DNA of 64,000 nt, from the NCBI RefSeq assembly GCF_009834535.1, contig NC_045696.1, positions 3,534,001 through 3,598,000 on the forward strand. The letters are read 5' to 3'. A program made the position numbers and the translations under genes. The notes beneath the pieces are model-generated. The model was not told where the DNA came from, did not search any database, and saw nothing but the letters and a program-made list of their open reading frames with translations. The stretch is from Camelus ferus. Lineage: Eukaryota. This document shows positions 37,855-52,260 of the stretch, piece after piece; the first letter of the stretch is position 1; every line of letters starts with the position of its first letter.

Positions 37855-37990
37855 GAGGTCTGCACCACTTGGGGTCAAACTCGGACTCTGCTGTTTTCTC
37901 CCTGTGTGGCCTTGGGCAAATGACTCAACCTCTCTGAACGCAGCTTCCTCACTTCTAACACGGGGTGATGCCATCCTTCGTGTATTGCCA
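37855..37990 (+). mobile_element. MIR SINE fragment
   Basis: 'ctgtgtggccttgggcaaatgactcaacctctctgaacgcagcttcctcac'. Confidence 0.7.
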
Positions 37991-40900
37991 TGAGCGCCTC
38001 AAGTGGTACTGATCCGCCGTGTCACTGGCAACACACTGAGTGCGTGTATGGGGACCCCACCCCAAGGACGCCCAGTGACAGCCTCACAGAGGAGGCTCCC
38101 AGGATGGTAACTCCGTTTATGCAGAGATGCTGCCTTTCTCCCAGGGAAGCCGTCACAAAATCAAGAGCATGACCAGCAGGAGGATCAGAGGCCTCCACTG
38201 AGGGGAGGCCCAGTCTGGCTCAGCCCCCCAGCATCCCGCCCCCCCAACCCCCCTACCTCCCACAGGCACAGCAGGAAATGGCCCCCAGCTCCATCCCCTC
38301 AGCCTCCTACTGTGGAAACAACTAGCCCTCCCAGTGCAGCCAAGGAGACCGGGTCAGATATCCCTGCAGGCCCCTCTGCTGAGGGCAGGGAGCCAAACGT
38401 TTGCTAGGAAGGAATTCTCGGAATGTCTTCTGTCAAGTGCGGCCAAAGGAAGCCGCACGTTTGTGTCCACAGGTCGCTCACTGCAGCCCCGCTGGGGCCC
38501 AGGCTCCGTCCCCGTCCCCGGGGCAGTGGGGACACAGGCTGATAGTTCCAGCAGTAGCCATCGTCATCACCATCATCATGCAAACTGCGGGGTGAGGGGT
38601 GATGGAGAAGTGTCCTCGCCGAGTTAGTGACAAACTAGAAACTTCCTGGGCCTCCCCCTTCCCGCTTCTAGAAATTTAAGGTAATTAAGTGGAAATTTAA
38701 TGAAATTTTTTGTGAGTATTTAAGTATATATCCCACTTTTTTATTAAGTCTTTTAAAAAACCTGTCAATAGATAATTCAATGGTAATGAATGAGTTTCTA
38801 GTACTAAGAAGTTAACTTTGTGTATAGTCATGAAACAGAGATGACATTGGGCATATTTAATTAATTTTTGAAAACGTAACTCATCATGGAAACTCCTGGG
38901 CTTGGGAGAGGGAGACGTTAATATACTTCCCTGGTGGATGCGGGGATGAGGCACCACATGGAGCAACAGAGCCTTGATTCCCGCTTCCTGTGCGCAGGCT
39001 CACAGCCAGTCACTGCAGAGCGCTCCGAAGAGGAACCCGGAGACACAGTTTCTGCTGTTTCTTCTCTGCCGCCACGGGTCCCAGTGGATCCAAGGTTCAG
39101 AGCCATGCCTTCCAGAGAATTCCAGGCAGGTGGCTGCCTCTGATGGGTCCCTGATCTGATGATGGTTTCCATTGAACCACAGAATGAAAGCCTGGCTCGG
39201 GAACAAAAGCCGGCCCCTGTGTTCCTCTCCCCTGCAACCAGGACCTGAGACCCACCCCCACCACCCAGCCTGCTCGCAGAAGCAAATCACTGCTGTACAG
39301 TGCGATGGTCCCCGACCCATCACGGCCTGGTGGGTGATGAGTCTTTCCTGTGCAGAGCTGCCGTTGGGCTCCTTGGGTTGAAGGGTTATGGGGTGGAGGA
39401 GAGGGCAGCGGGCTGGGAGCAGGAATGCCACCAGGTCGGGGGGAACTGCTGCTCTTCCCTGAGAGCTGAGCCAGTCCAGTGTCCTCCACGTGCTGGATGA
39501 ACGGGGCAGGGGGCCGAAGGGCAGGGGGCCTGCTCTTTCTTGGCTTTACCAGGTGTTTGAGTTCCTCCTGAGGGTTTTGGCCAAGGGCATTTCCCCATAA
39601 GCCCTCAATTTTCCCTCAATTTGCTTCTATGCAGAGTAATTCAATACTTAGATGTTTACCGTCCCTTCGAAAAACCTCACAACAGGGTGACAAATTCCAG
39701 ACGTGGGTGGTTGTTAGTTTACAGTCTGTTACAAGCCTCTAAATGAGCCGGTGGGGTGAGCATGCCAGGGAGACACAGCTGCAGAGGAATGAGACTGGTT
39801 CCACCAGTCACACGGGATCAGGAAGGGCTGTCTCCTTCCTGCCAAGGTGGCCACAGCCAGTGCACATGCGCATGTCCCTCGTACTACAACAGGGAGACAG
39901 GAGCCCTGGGTATCTAGTTGTCCTGGTTATTCAGGCAGGAGGGCCAGCATGATTCAAATTATTCAGCTGCATAGATCTGGCTACAGATCAGAAAATAATT
40001 AATGTTACCTCCAAAGAAGAAGGGACTTCCGAGAAAAGGAGAGCAGTTCCTCCCAACCCTCAGCAGCCTGTGGCCTGGAGGAGAGCTAGCTGTAAGGGAC
40101 AGATAACAGGCAGGAGGGTGATAAGATCATTCTGTTTCCACGGTCCAACATCAGGCCTGTCCAGGAAGGGCTGGGCCTCCACCCCAGCTCACCTGGGAAA
40201 CCCGAAGAATTCACCTCCCTGCCTCCTTCCCTTTCTGTTTCCCGCTCGGGCTCTTGGTCCCTCTGCCTCCCAACTCCTTCCCTCTCAAAGAAAATCATGC
40301 CCTTGGAGGTCAACTCCTTCTCACTCCCGCTGCTCCCGCAACACCAGACTCACCCACCCTCTTCCTCACCTCCCGTCTCTAAGCCGGGAATAGCCTCTCC
40401 TGTCAGGGCCCGTTCTCTCCACGCACTCGGTCTCCTTTAAGTCCTTCTCATGGGCCCTTGGGTCTCCTTCTAGCTGGTCTCTCTGACCCCCTGCCACTTC
40501 CTTCCAGCTCAGCCTCCACTTGCTGCTTGGAGTGATGTTTGTAAAACTCAATGTTCTCACTCTGTTTAAGACAGGTTGTTGGTTCCCCTTTGCACACTCT
40601 ACTACCCAGAATTTAGGACCAGCAGCAGCCTCCAGACCACCCACTGACGGCCTCCAACCCTCACAGCACCCCCTCACACTCTATGTCTCGGGGCACTGAG
40701 CTGTACGGAGGCCTCAGGGCCTTTGCGCGAGCACGCACGCGCGCACACACACACTTCTTCATATGCCATTAAACCAACCTCCCCCTTTCTAGCCTGGCAC
40801 CTCACCCTTGTCTTTGATACTTGGTACAGCAGATCCATTACAACATCTGTGGTTCTCCTTGCTCTGCTATTCTCAGGGTATTTGCATAATAGGTATTAAT

Positions 40901-41599
40901 AAATGCCACCAGCCTCTGAACCAGATCTAGAGCCTAATCTCCATCTGCAAAACTAGCCCGTCTTCTTAGCAATATCCCCTCTGAGCCAGGTCGGAAGGCT
41001 TCTCCTTACCCAGTGCAGTGGCAGGGAGGGGTTGGGGAGGGACCAGTGAGGACCCTCTGCTGCAGTGGCGGGGCCAGAATTCCCACTGATGTTACCAACC
41101 AGACAGGCAGACCCTAGCTAGGAAAGAGAAGGCTCAGCGCCCCGTCTAGTCAACCCAGTTCAAGGTCGGATCCCCTTCACACAGTGCAGAAGTAAAAGCA
41201 AATCACTGTTTTGTGATTCAGGCTTTTCATTAGGTTTTGGAGAATCTCAGGGCCATGTTTTGAGGCATTTTCAAACGATGGGGATTGATTCTGCAAGGGG
41301 AGGAGCGCAGGGGCCGTGTCACACAGCGTGCACACACACAAACTTCTTAATGAGCATTTTTCTGAGACCCTTCTTGGACTGGTCGTGGTAGCTCTTAAAG
41401 CGTGGCTCCGGGGCCTCCTGACTTCAGGGTGTGAGTTCTGGATTTCTAGGGACTTTCCAAGTATGTTAAAGCCAGACACCGTCCTTGCCGGTGGGCAGAC
41501 GGTAATCCTAGAAATCACCCTTCCATACGCACACGCGCGCACACACGCGCGTACACACGCGCACACACGCTACAGAAGCCCAGCCAGCCAGCCCCACTG

Positions 41600-42700
<1,101 letters not shown>

Positions 42701-43194
42701 CAGAGCTCTTCTTCCCTGGAGCCTCGCCACAGCCCTTGGCAGATTCAAGCGTCAGAGCATCCTTGAAAGTTAGGAGAAAGACCCTGGAGACCCGGGACCC
42801 CTGATGGGGAATCAGACAAAATGATTATAGATTTTATTCACCAAATGCAAGGTGTGCCCGGCCATAGGCTCCACCAGAGGGACAGACTGGCTGTTGGAAA
42901 GACTTGTCCAGGGACCCATTCCCCCTTCTAGCTCACCCTGCCCTTCCTGGAGTCCTGGGTGGATTCCCATACTCAGTTTGACACAAGTGCTTTTTGCACC
43001 TGATACCTGAGTAACTGTGAGCCAAATATGCTTTCATCTGTAGAGCTGAATTTCACCCAGAATCTATTTCCAAAATTTTGTGTTCCTTGGTATTTAAAAT
43101 TAGTGACCGTTGAGGGCCAGCCACTCACCAGGCGTTGTATTGGGGGTTTTCCGTACATATGTCGTCTCTGAATCCTCTCAATGCCTGGGACAGA

Positions 43195-43295
43195 GGCATT
43201 GTCAAATTTTACAGGTGGGGAAACAGAGATTAAGTAACCTGCCCAAGGTCACACAGCTTGTGGGTCGCACAGCTGGGATTTGAACCCAGCTACGC
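43195..43295 (-). mobile_element. MIR SINE fragment
   Basis: 'ttttacaggtggggaaacagag...aagtaacctgcccaaggtcacacagc...gggatttgaacccag'. Confidence 0.75.
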
Positions 43296-44655
43296 ACTCC
43301 CTCCAAACTCAGGGGCTTATGACTGAACTCTGCTGCCTGCTGCTCCTGTGATTATGTTCCTTCTCTGGTTAATGACTTGGAGACTTATTTTTAATAAGAC
43401 ATCTTGGTTTAATGACAGGCTCCTGACGTCCTCTATTTCCAGGAATTCTATAGGAGGAATTCGGGCCTAGTGGGCCTGGGGCAGTACCTTGCAGCCTTTG
43501 CTGGCCCTCCCTGCTCCCAACTATGCATGTTCCCACACCTGCTTGGGAACTCGGTGGAGAAGCCTGTGACCTTTTGCTTTGGAAATAGCGAATGCTGTGT
43601 GTCTGGACCATCAACCTTCAAAATATTCCACGGTGGGCCCTCTGCCTGGTCTTTGTGCCCTGGCCTTGACTCACGTAGCCATGGGTTTTTAAAAGCTCAA
43701 AAAGCTTTGAGTGTGAATGAGATAAATCCAACCAAAGACCATGTTCTGCACTCTGAGAAAAATGACCATAACTTTTGGGTGAAAAAAGCCTTCAAGGTCA
43801 TTTGATGGTGGTCTGTCTTGGCATCTAGAATCGGTGTTCCAGCTGCCAGAAGCGGACCACTCTCCAGAGGACCCACCCCATCTCTCATGGGAGCCCTAAA
43901 GCCATGTGACCTCACCCATGTGAGAAAACACAGATTCGTTTCCCCGCGAAGCTCTGTCACTGACCCCGGGTTGATCAGGGGCCTGGGTTCTGGGGCTGAA
44001 TGCTGCAGACTGGAGCTTTGAGTGGATGAAAGTCTTGTCCCAGCTGGATGAGACAGGGGACATGATGTGGGCCACCAGCTCTGATTCTCAGGCTTCCATG
44101 AGTTGTAAAAGGTGTGTGTGTAGGATGACTGGTCTGGAGGGTGGTGGCTGTCACCCTGGGAATCCTCACAGAGTCAGGCAGACACATGACCCTCCCCCCT
44201 ATAAGTTTGGGAGAGTCCTGCTTAAACCAGTCTGCCTCATTCCCTGGCCTTTTCTGATTGGCTGAGAACCTGTGATTGCTGTAGACAGAATGCTTGCCGG
44301 TTACCCGCGTGCCAGAGGCTGAGAGAGAAAGGAGGAAATCCCTGCTCGGGAATTTGCAGCTGGTCTTAACGATAAGAACAGAAGAAAACACCTGAAGGTT
44401 TCTGACGAAAACCTTTCACCCCACGCACTTGAATCTTTGTGTGGGAGAGGGGAGGGGCTCCGCTCAGGGGATGGGGCGAGACTTGGCTTGGTTGCATATT
44501 CTCTGTTCTCTGATGTTCACCATGCACTGCAGAGCCTTACACACCAGTTTTTCCAGAACTCTTGCCCGGAAGGGGCAATAATGTACCGGTTTAAGCACAA
44601 AGCAGCCCTGAGTCTTCTCTGACAGTTTTGCAGAGAGTAGATTGGGTCTGATTGT

Positions 44656-44797
44656 NNNNNNNNNNNNNNNNNNNNNNNNNNNNNNNNNNNNNNNNNNNNN
44701 NNNNNNNNNNNNNNNNNNNNNNNNNNNNNNNNNNNNNNNNNNNNNNNNNNNNNNNNNNNNNNNNNNNNNNNNNNNNNNNNNNNNNNNNNNNNNNNNN
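44656..44797. other. Assembly gap (N run)
   Basis: N bases. Confidence 1.
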
Positions 44798-47554
44798 CTC
44801 TCCATGGTGCCCGGAAACGTTGCTTGATTTGAATTCAGATGGAAGGTTTTGCAGACTGATAGGATCTGGGTAAATCCTGCTACTGACTTGGGACACACCC
44901 TCCCCTGTCCTGGGCGGTCACCACGGTGGCGCTAATGACAGTGTGGGTGGGCAGGCCCCCGTGCTTCATGAGTGGGTGTCCTGACCCGGCAGCCAGCCCT
45001 GTGGGAGTCTCCCTCTGCCCTCTCTCCGGCTCAGTTCCCACTAATCCCCGATTAGGGTGGACACTCCAAGCCCGCACTCGGCCCAGACAGCCACAGCTTA
45101 TGGGCCCCTCCTGCCTCCTCCCGCCCCCTGTCCTGTTAGCCTTCTGCCCTGGCCTGGAAGGAGACCACTGCTCTGCCTGTCACTGGGGGGCTGGGGACCC
45201 GATGGCAGTAACCCGGTTGCCTCCCATCTTCTGTGCAAGGTGCAATTCTCTACTGAATGGAGACAGTGACTCCTCCCCCTTCTGTTTTACCCCAGCTCAC
45301 ATTTTAAGGCTGAAAGGAACCCTAAACTCTTCTCAAGGAGACTCTTCCTTCTCCAGAATGGAAGACAGAGGCCATCAGCGGGAGAGACTTGTCGGGGCTG
45401 ACCTGGACCCTGGGCTGAGGGCCTTCATGCTCCATCCACACCTGTAGCCATGTTCCCCTGTGGGCAACAGATGTGACTTTGAGACCCAGATAGATGTTCC
45501 CTTTAGCTGAGGTCCAGCACAACAGGATAAAAGGGTGCAGTTGCTGCACCTAGCATCCCTAACGTTGGGGCTCCTATCTCCCGGGATCTGAGGAATGGTC
45601 ACCAGCGTGCAGAGTCTCCTTTGACCCCAGGGACCCCAGGTTCTCTGTGTCAGTGGGCCCCCAGGGATTTTGACTCTCACTCGGAATAACTAAGTAGGAT
45701 GGGGAGTTGGAGAGGAGAGGAGACCATGGCTCTCTGCCAGCTGGTCAGGCAGGTGCCTGGTGTTTGGGAAACGCTGGCAAATTGCCTAGAGGGCTTTGAA
45801 AACATACACATGCAGCCCCCGCCGCCCCCCACTTCAGACTTAGTAAGGTGGGGGTGGGGTGCAGGGAGCTGGCTGGATTTTTCACAGGCTCTCCAAGCTA
45901 GCTCCTCACTCCTGAGAAGCTCCTGGATGCACAGTGTCCGCAAGCCGACCAGCAGTCAGGCAGCCAGAGCCCCCCGCCCAGCAGCGCCCTCCAGCCTGGC
46001 GCTGCGGACACCGCCTTCCCGCTGACCTGAGTGCAGGCCCGTCCCAGAGAGCAGCAAGATCCCAGAACTGGCTCAGTCACTAGACTAGGAACTCGTGTCC
46101 ACCACCAGACTGGGAGCTAACACCCTAATACCCAGAGGCAACAGCTCTGTAGTTCTCCTATTTGCAGAGTGGTTTGGGGTGGCAGGCAGTCACCCAGCAA
46201 GGCCCATGCCCTCAACACCCACCTGGAAGCCCCGGGGTTGCAGTTTCCACAACAGGGCACCAGCTCTTGAAGCCCGTGTGACCGCAGCCCTGTGACTCCT
46301 GCCGTGGGGCTGGACAACCCCTCCTTCCCCGGGCCAATGCTGTTGGGGGCATGGGTCCCCCCATGAGGGCCATGTTCTGGGCTGGGCTGGAAATGGGCCA
46401 TTCGAGCAGGCCCAGGCCCGGCTAGGAGGGTCACTGAAGCTGTTTATTTCTTTAGTCCTTTGCCCCATGATTTTTTCAAAGGAATGTTCTAAATGTGAAT
46501 GACCAAGACTGTAGGACAATTTGTGGTCTTCATTAAAAAAAAAAGGTGGCTGTGTGAACTTAGAACATGTTATTAATAGCTCTGACTTGTATGTGAGCTT
46601 CGGCAATTTAAAAAGTAAACAAAGTGACAAGACTTGAGAGTTTTCTTGTTCTATAATGAGCTTTGTTTGAATGCTGCTCACAAAAACCCAAACTCCTTGA
46701 CCACCAGTGGCCACTATATAAGAAATCGTCTGGTAAGAACGGGAAGGCAAACTTGGGTCAGGGTCGAGGACCTGCCCCTCCCTGTGCCCTCCACCCTGAT
46801 CCCCTAGACCAATCTCCTTTCTTTTGCTCAAACATTCAGGGTCCTTTCCTGTGAGAGACCTTCCCATAGGACATTCCGTGTGTCTCCAACACTTACTTCG
46901 CTTTTCTTCTGATTTAACTTCTGTCAGTATTTCAGATTTCAGTGCAAAGTTCCCTGATCGCCCCATTCTGTGAAGGATGCTGCCCCAGCCCCACCACAGC
47001 GGCACCAAGTGTGCACTGGTGCCCGCATCAGCTCCTGGGATTGTAAGGGAAGCAGAGGCCAGAGTCCTGTCTGTCCAGGCACAGCCCACCCGGGGCCCAG
47101 TGCGTGGCTGGCTCGGGCCAGGCGGCGGTCGGGGCCTGAATATGGCAGGTTCTGTTAGAAACTCGTCGCTGGAGGGGGAGAAGCACTGGCAATGCGCATC
47201 ACCGCGTCTGGACACAGGCCTTCCCTACCTGGGAGCTGGCCAAGCCCGGGCCAAACAAGCTGTTTAATGTGCTTTGTTTTTCGCTTCTAAAGAGTCAACA
47301 TTAAGGGAGGCTCACTGATGACTTTGCAGATTGTCAATAGAAACCAGGAATGGATGCCAGTTCAGGTTGTTCTTTGCACTCACCCATTCCCTCAGCGAGA
47401 CGGGACTTCAGGGGAAGGAAGAGTGGGTGTAGTGTTAATGGCAACTAAAATGCAGCCAAAGCTAGCTTCCACTCCCATTGGCCCTTCGCGGGGTGCTGAG
47501 GAGGGAGGGCACCTCTTGAGCCTCTTAGAAGAGCTGTGTGTTCACTGCTTAGGC

Positions 47555-47700
47555 TGGAAGGCAGCTCTGGGGCTGTGTGACCTTGGGCAGGCTGTGACCT
47601 CTCTGTGCTTCATCTGTGGAAAAGAATAACTTTACGTTCCGTCAGGAAGACAGCATCCACTCCAAATGAGATGAGATCTGTGCAAGGCCTGTAGCCAATG
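47555..47700 (+). mobile_element. MIR SINE fragment
   Basis: 'ctgtgtgaccttgggcagg...acctctctgtgcttcatctgtggaaaag'. Confidence 0.65.
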
Positions 47701-47759
47701 GAGTCAATAAAGGTGGGCTGCTTTCTTGCAAGTCTCCCTTTAAAAAAACAAAAAACTTC

Positions 47760-49400
47760 TCATGTTTTTACTGCTTTTAGATTTAGAGAAAAGTTGCAAA
47801 AACAATTCAGTTTCCATGCTTTCCTCACCCAGCCTTACATAACCATAGCATAATGATCAGAACCAAGAAATTAACATTGGCACAATGTGACTGTAATTCA
47901 TAGCGCAACGATACTAACATTGTAACAGGATGAGAAATTAACATCGGTACAATGTTACTGTATTTCATAGTACAATGATACTAACATTATAACAGTGTAA
48001 GAAATTAGCATCCTGTTACCATATGTCACAGTGCAATGACAGTAACGCTTTAACAGTACAAGAAATTAAGAAAAGTTTTAACTAAACTGAAGACCTTACT
48101 TGAATTTCATGGGTTTTCCACCAGTCTCCTTTTATCGTTCCCATTCAGGTTCTACGTGGTATTGTGTTGTTGCTCTGTGTTTGTCTCCTGCAGTCTGTGA
48201 AAGTTCCCCAGTCTTTCGTTATTTTTCATGACCTTGAAACCTCTAAAGAGTATTGATTGTTATCTTGCCAAATATCCCTCAATTTGGTGTTTCCACACAG
48301 TTGGACTGCAGTTGTATAAACCACAGAAGTGACGTGCCCCCTCCCGTGGCCTGCATCACGGGGTTCGTGATGTCACTGTGGCCGACGGTGGGGGACGGTG
48401 GCCTTGACCCCTTGGTGAAGGTGATTTCCGCCAGTTTCTCTTATATCTTACGTCTGCTTTTATACTTTTCCCCAGTAGTTAACACATGTGTGGAGGAGAT
48501 ACTCTGAGACTGTTCAAATCCTGTTACTCCTTACACTTTTGCCCACTGATTTTGGCATCCACCTGCATATCTAGTCTGTAACAATAGACTCCGAGGAGTT
48601 TGCCTAATGATGGTTTTTACTTCTCTCTCTCATTCTACATTTATTCATTGGAATTCTACTGCAAGAAAGAGCTACCACGTCTTCTCCACCTACATTTTTA
48701 ATTGGGCATATACATCGGTATGGACTCATGGATACTTTATTCCATGGGTTATAATCCAGTACTATCGCTATTTATTTTGTTGCTTCAACTGTTTTTGTTT
48801 TGGCCATTAGAAGCTCTTTTGATCGTGGCCTCTTGTGCTCATGTATGTATATTCTCTTTTTTTAGCCCCCCTTGCTTTATGGTTCTACAAGATGTTTGCT
48901 CTTGACTCATCTTGTACTTTTCTTCTCCTCTGGCTTTGGATTCGTCCACTTCTGCAAGCCGCCCCGATTCCTTTTCCTGGGAAGTGTTTAGAAACCAAGA
49001 TCTGGGCATCCAGTGTGCTTATTACTGCTGGAGTCTCATTGCTTCTGGGCCCTGTTAGTGGAGAGACTGAGGAAATATATGTGTGGATGCTAACACATTC
49101 ATGTGCACACATCTGTCTGTCTGTCTCTTCAAAACCATGACTTTTTACTGATACCCTGGATTCCAGGTCAGCAGCACAGAGTCCATTTTCATCTTCCTCC
49201 TTCCTTATCTTTAACTTCCTTCTCCCAGAGTGAGGCCTCTGGGACTTACCCTCTGTAACAGGCTTACGTATTTGATCCGTTCTAGTGTGTGCACAGAGTA
49301 ATTTCTGAATTGCTAACCTGTGCGCCTGTGAGAAACAGGTTTACTGACTAGATTCTGGCACTTACGTGCAGCCAGGATACTGTTTTCTGTAGTTTCTCAG
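47760..49400 (-). mobile_element. Old L1M (L1MC-like) 3' region containing an internal minisatellite
   Basis: 'tttagatttagagaaaagttgcaaaa', 'aaccaagaaattaacattgg', 'gtttttcatgaccttga', 'gagatactctgagact', 'tagaaaccaagatctgggc' resemble L1MC 3' UTR motifs. Confidence 0.7.
47866..48069. repeat. Diverged ~67-bp minisatellite, about 3 units
   Basis: agaaatta recurs at 47866, 47933, 48000 and 48061, with the intervening sequence conserved. Confidence 0.85.
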
Positions 49401-51628
49401 GTCAGATCTGTTTCCTGGCCCCTGCAGGGTGGTGGTTTCTTGATGTGTTCTTGCTGCTTATGGTGCAGTCATGCTTGTATTCCACCTGGGGTTCCTCTCA
49501 CATCCACATTAAAAAAAAAAATCCCATCTTCACCCAGTGCTTTGGGACGCCACCTTTGTCACGCACTGTTTCTGCCAGTATCGGGGTCTCTTCTGGACGT
49601 CCTGGTTTAGTTCACCAGTTGTCTGTGCCGGGACCACACAGTTTGAATTATGGAAGTTCTGTGTGTTTTAATGTCAGGAGAGCTAGTCTCTTATTTTTCT
49701 CTCTCAACGTTTTCCTGGTGGTTCCTGCATGTTGCTTTTCCCTGTGCACATCACATCTTACTTCAGTCCACGCGGGATTGAGTCTGGAATGGGGCCACCT
49801 GCCATGGACGGAGTGTGGAGAAGTGGGCGATGGTGGCTGTGCTGAGCCCACACTAGGCTTCCCAAAACTCCAGGATTCGGCAATTGGAAAGGGAAGGGGA
49901 GGCTCTGGGTCCTTATTTTGACTTAGTCGTTTATCCCCTTTGTGAGACTGCCCCTTAATGTTGACATTCCCAGCAGAATAGGTTCAGAGCTTTCATTCAG
50001 AAGGAGCCGTAGGTAAGAGGGCGTAGACTGCACCTCCTGCTGGGACAGGAGGCGGCATCCACCTGCTTAGGGCCGCGTTGTGTTTTCAGCTGGTGCAGAA
50101 GCTACCTTGTTTCACACGCAGTTCCAGCGGCTGTAGCATCTCCTGCCCAGGGGTGATGGGGGGGTTCCCTGCCTGGCAGTGGGCTCTGTGCTGGGCACTG
50201 TTACCTCAGCCAGGGGGCCCGGCACAGAGCGGTGTCATCACCAAGCCCCTGGCCAGCAGGTCACACCAACCCAAGTTCCCAGCCGTGAAGAATGTCAGCA
50301 GAACAGCCCCTAAACATGACTCCATCACTTGAAAAGTAGGTTTAATTTTCCCCCGGTGATTTTTAGGGGATGAGATAGATGTTGCTAAGACAGGGTGAGG
50401 TTTGAAGCATGTCGGTGACAATGCTCTTTGCTGTGGATTTACTGTTCATCACTGGGAATTCTTAAGAAGCAGCCTGTGATGACTTCATTCTTGCTCATCT
50501 GCTCTGCACTTGCCAGAAGAGAGCGTCAGTGCTGGTTTGCACCATTTTCGTTCCCTACCCTAGGCGATGCCTGTGGCCGGAACCAGCTCATCACAGCTGA
50601 GAGCCTCAGAAATAGATGAGATGTGGTGGGAAGTTGTGGGGCTGAATTCCTTTTTGAAACACCCAATCAGAACTCACCTTCTGACGTGCTTTCCAGAGCG
50701 TGTCAGGAAGAGAGTTGAAGGAGAGTTTCATTCCAGGCTTGTCGTGCTGGCGTAAGTGTTTGGCCTCGCAAAAGAACTTGTTTTTTTAAAAGGCCAAGAC
50801 TTGGTTGGCTACACACGCCCCGATTTGTTCTTTTATAAAGCATCAATCTTGTTCTCTTGTGGTCATATTAATTTAATTGCACACCTCTCACTTGGAGATT
50901 TTAATCGCAAAAACCAGAAGGGATGTAGGCTGGCAAGCCACGGAGGACTTTTTGGCAGGGCGCGGGAGGATGCTTGGAGCAGAAGGCAGACTTGAAGGAG
51001 GAGACCCCGGGGGGCTGGGCAGGAGCCCGGCAGCGCTGGTGTCTGCAAAGCGGGGGCTTGGGCATCCAGTCTGTGAACACAGCCACTGGTTGGCTCATTT
51101 CCAGCCAAGGTATCCCAAATTCCAGGGAGAACATCTGACCCCCCAGGGGTTCCCACCCCGGGCAATAGGAGAGGAGAAGGGGGAGCAGCACCCTGAGCAG
51201 AGCACCAGCACCCACGTGGAGAAGGGAAAGGCGACTCTCTGAAGCCAGAGAGAGCGCTTTCCCAGCAGAAGGGGCGGACACAGCCCTCAGACCTGCTGTG
51301 TTTGGCTGGACACCGGGCTTGACCTGCAGACCCACCGCCCAGCACGAAGCAGCCTGTCCGCACCCCAGGAGCCTGGGCCCCTCCCCTTACACCGTGAACA
51401 GGAGCGTTCAGAACACCTTTGCTGCCTTTATTGTAACATCGGTTTTGCTCTAACGTTTCCTACCATTATTTGTCCATCGCTGCTGTTTAGAAGCACGGGT
51501 TTAACTAGAAGTCATATCACAGTTTCTTAGATCTGCAGAGCTTTGTCACAAGTATGTAATTTCCCTTAGAAAGCAGCCCCGCCCCCACCCCAGAGCCCCC
51601 GCCTCCTCACTGTGCTTTTCTGTTCCAG

Positions 51629-51727
51629 GGCCCACTGCTCCTGCGCTTCCAGGAGGACCCACTGCAGCAGCCCCTGGAGCTGGCGGTGCAGCAAGTCTCC
51701 AGCACGGCCAGGTCGGCCCAGGAGAAG
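51629..51727 (+). CDS. C2CD2: C2CD2 coding exon 2 (start of SMP-like region)
   Basis: Acceptor tgcttttctgttccag|, donor AAG|GTGAGC; 99 nt, phase 0; GPLLLRFQEDPLQQPLELAVQQVSSTARSAQEK aligns to recalled human [33 protein letters not shown]. Confidence 0.93.
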
Positions 51728-51869
51728 GTGAGCAGGCTGGGCGCCGCCGCTGGCCTTTCCTCACGGAGGAAGTGAATCTGAAGCCGGGCTCAGGGGATTG
51801 ATTCTGTCTGAGAATGACTAAAAATGCCGACATCTTACATCCCCCCACATTTCAAAAAAAAAAAAAAAA

Positions 51870-52260
51870 ATCTGGCCCATCAACTGATGGGTGGATAAGT
51901 AAAATGTGACACCTCCTCATAATGGAGGATGATCTGGCCTCATAAAGGGATGCAGTTCTGACACGTGCTCCCACGCGGATGAGCCTGGAAGACTCGCTAC
52001 TGAGTGAAAGCAGCCAGACATGAAAGGACATGCTGCACAACTCCTTTTCTGTGAAAGGTCCCAAGCAGAGACACCAGCAGAGGCAGAAGGTGGATTAGTG
52101 ATGTCCGGGGGGCGGGGACGAGTAATACGGGAGGGGACGTGAGCAGTGACTGCTGGTGGGGACGGGATTTTGTGGGGGAGATGAAAACGCTCTAAGAGTG
52201 ATGGGGGTGATGTTTGTACAATTCTGTGAAATATATTTGAAAACCATTTAATCTTACAGT
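51870..52260 (+). mobile_element. L1MB 3' end fragment
   Basis: 'catcaactgatgggtggataagtaaaatgtg...ggatgagcctggaagac...gagtgaaagcagccagaca...gtacaattctgtgaaatat'. Confidence 0.75.

Noticed and set aside
46190-47215. 341-aa minus-strand ORF in C2CD2 intron 1
   Set aside because: No recognisable homology, domain or coding-like composition; most likely a chance ORF. BLASTP or PhyloCSF would settle it.
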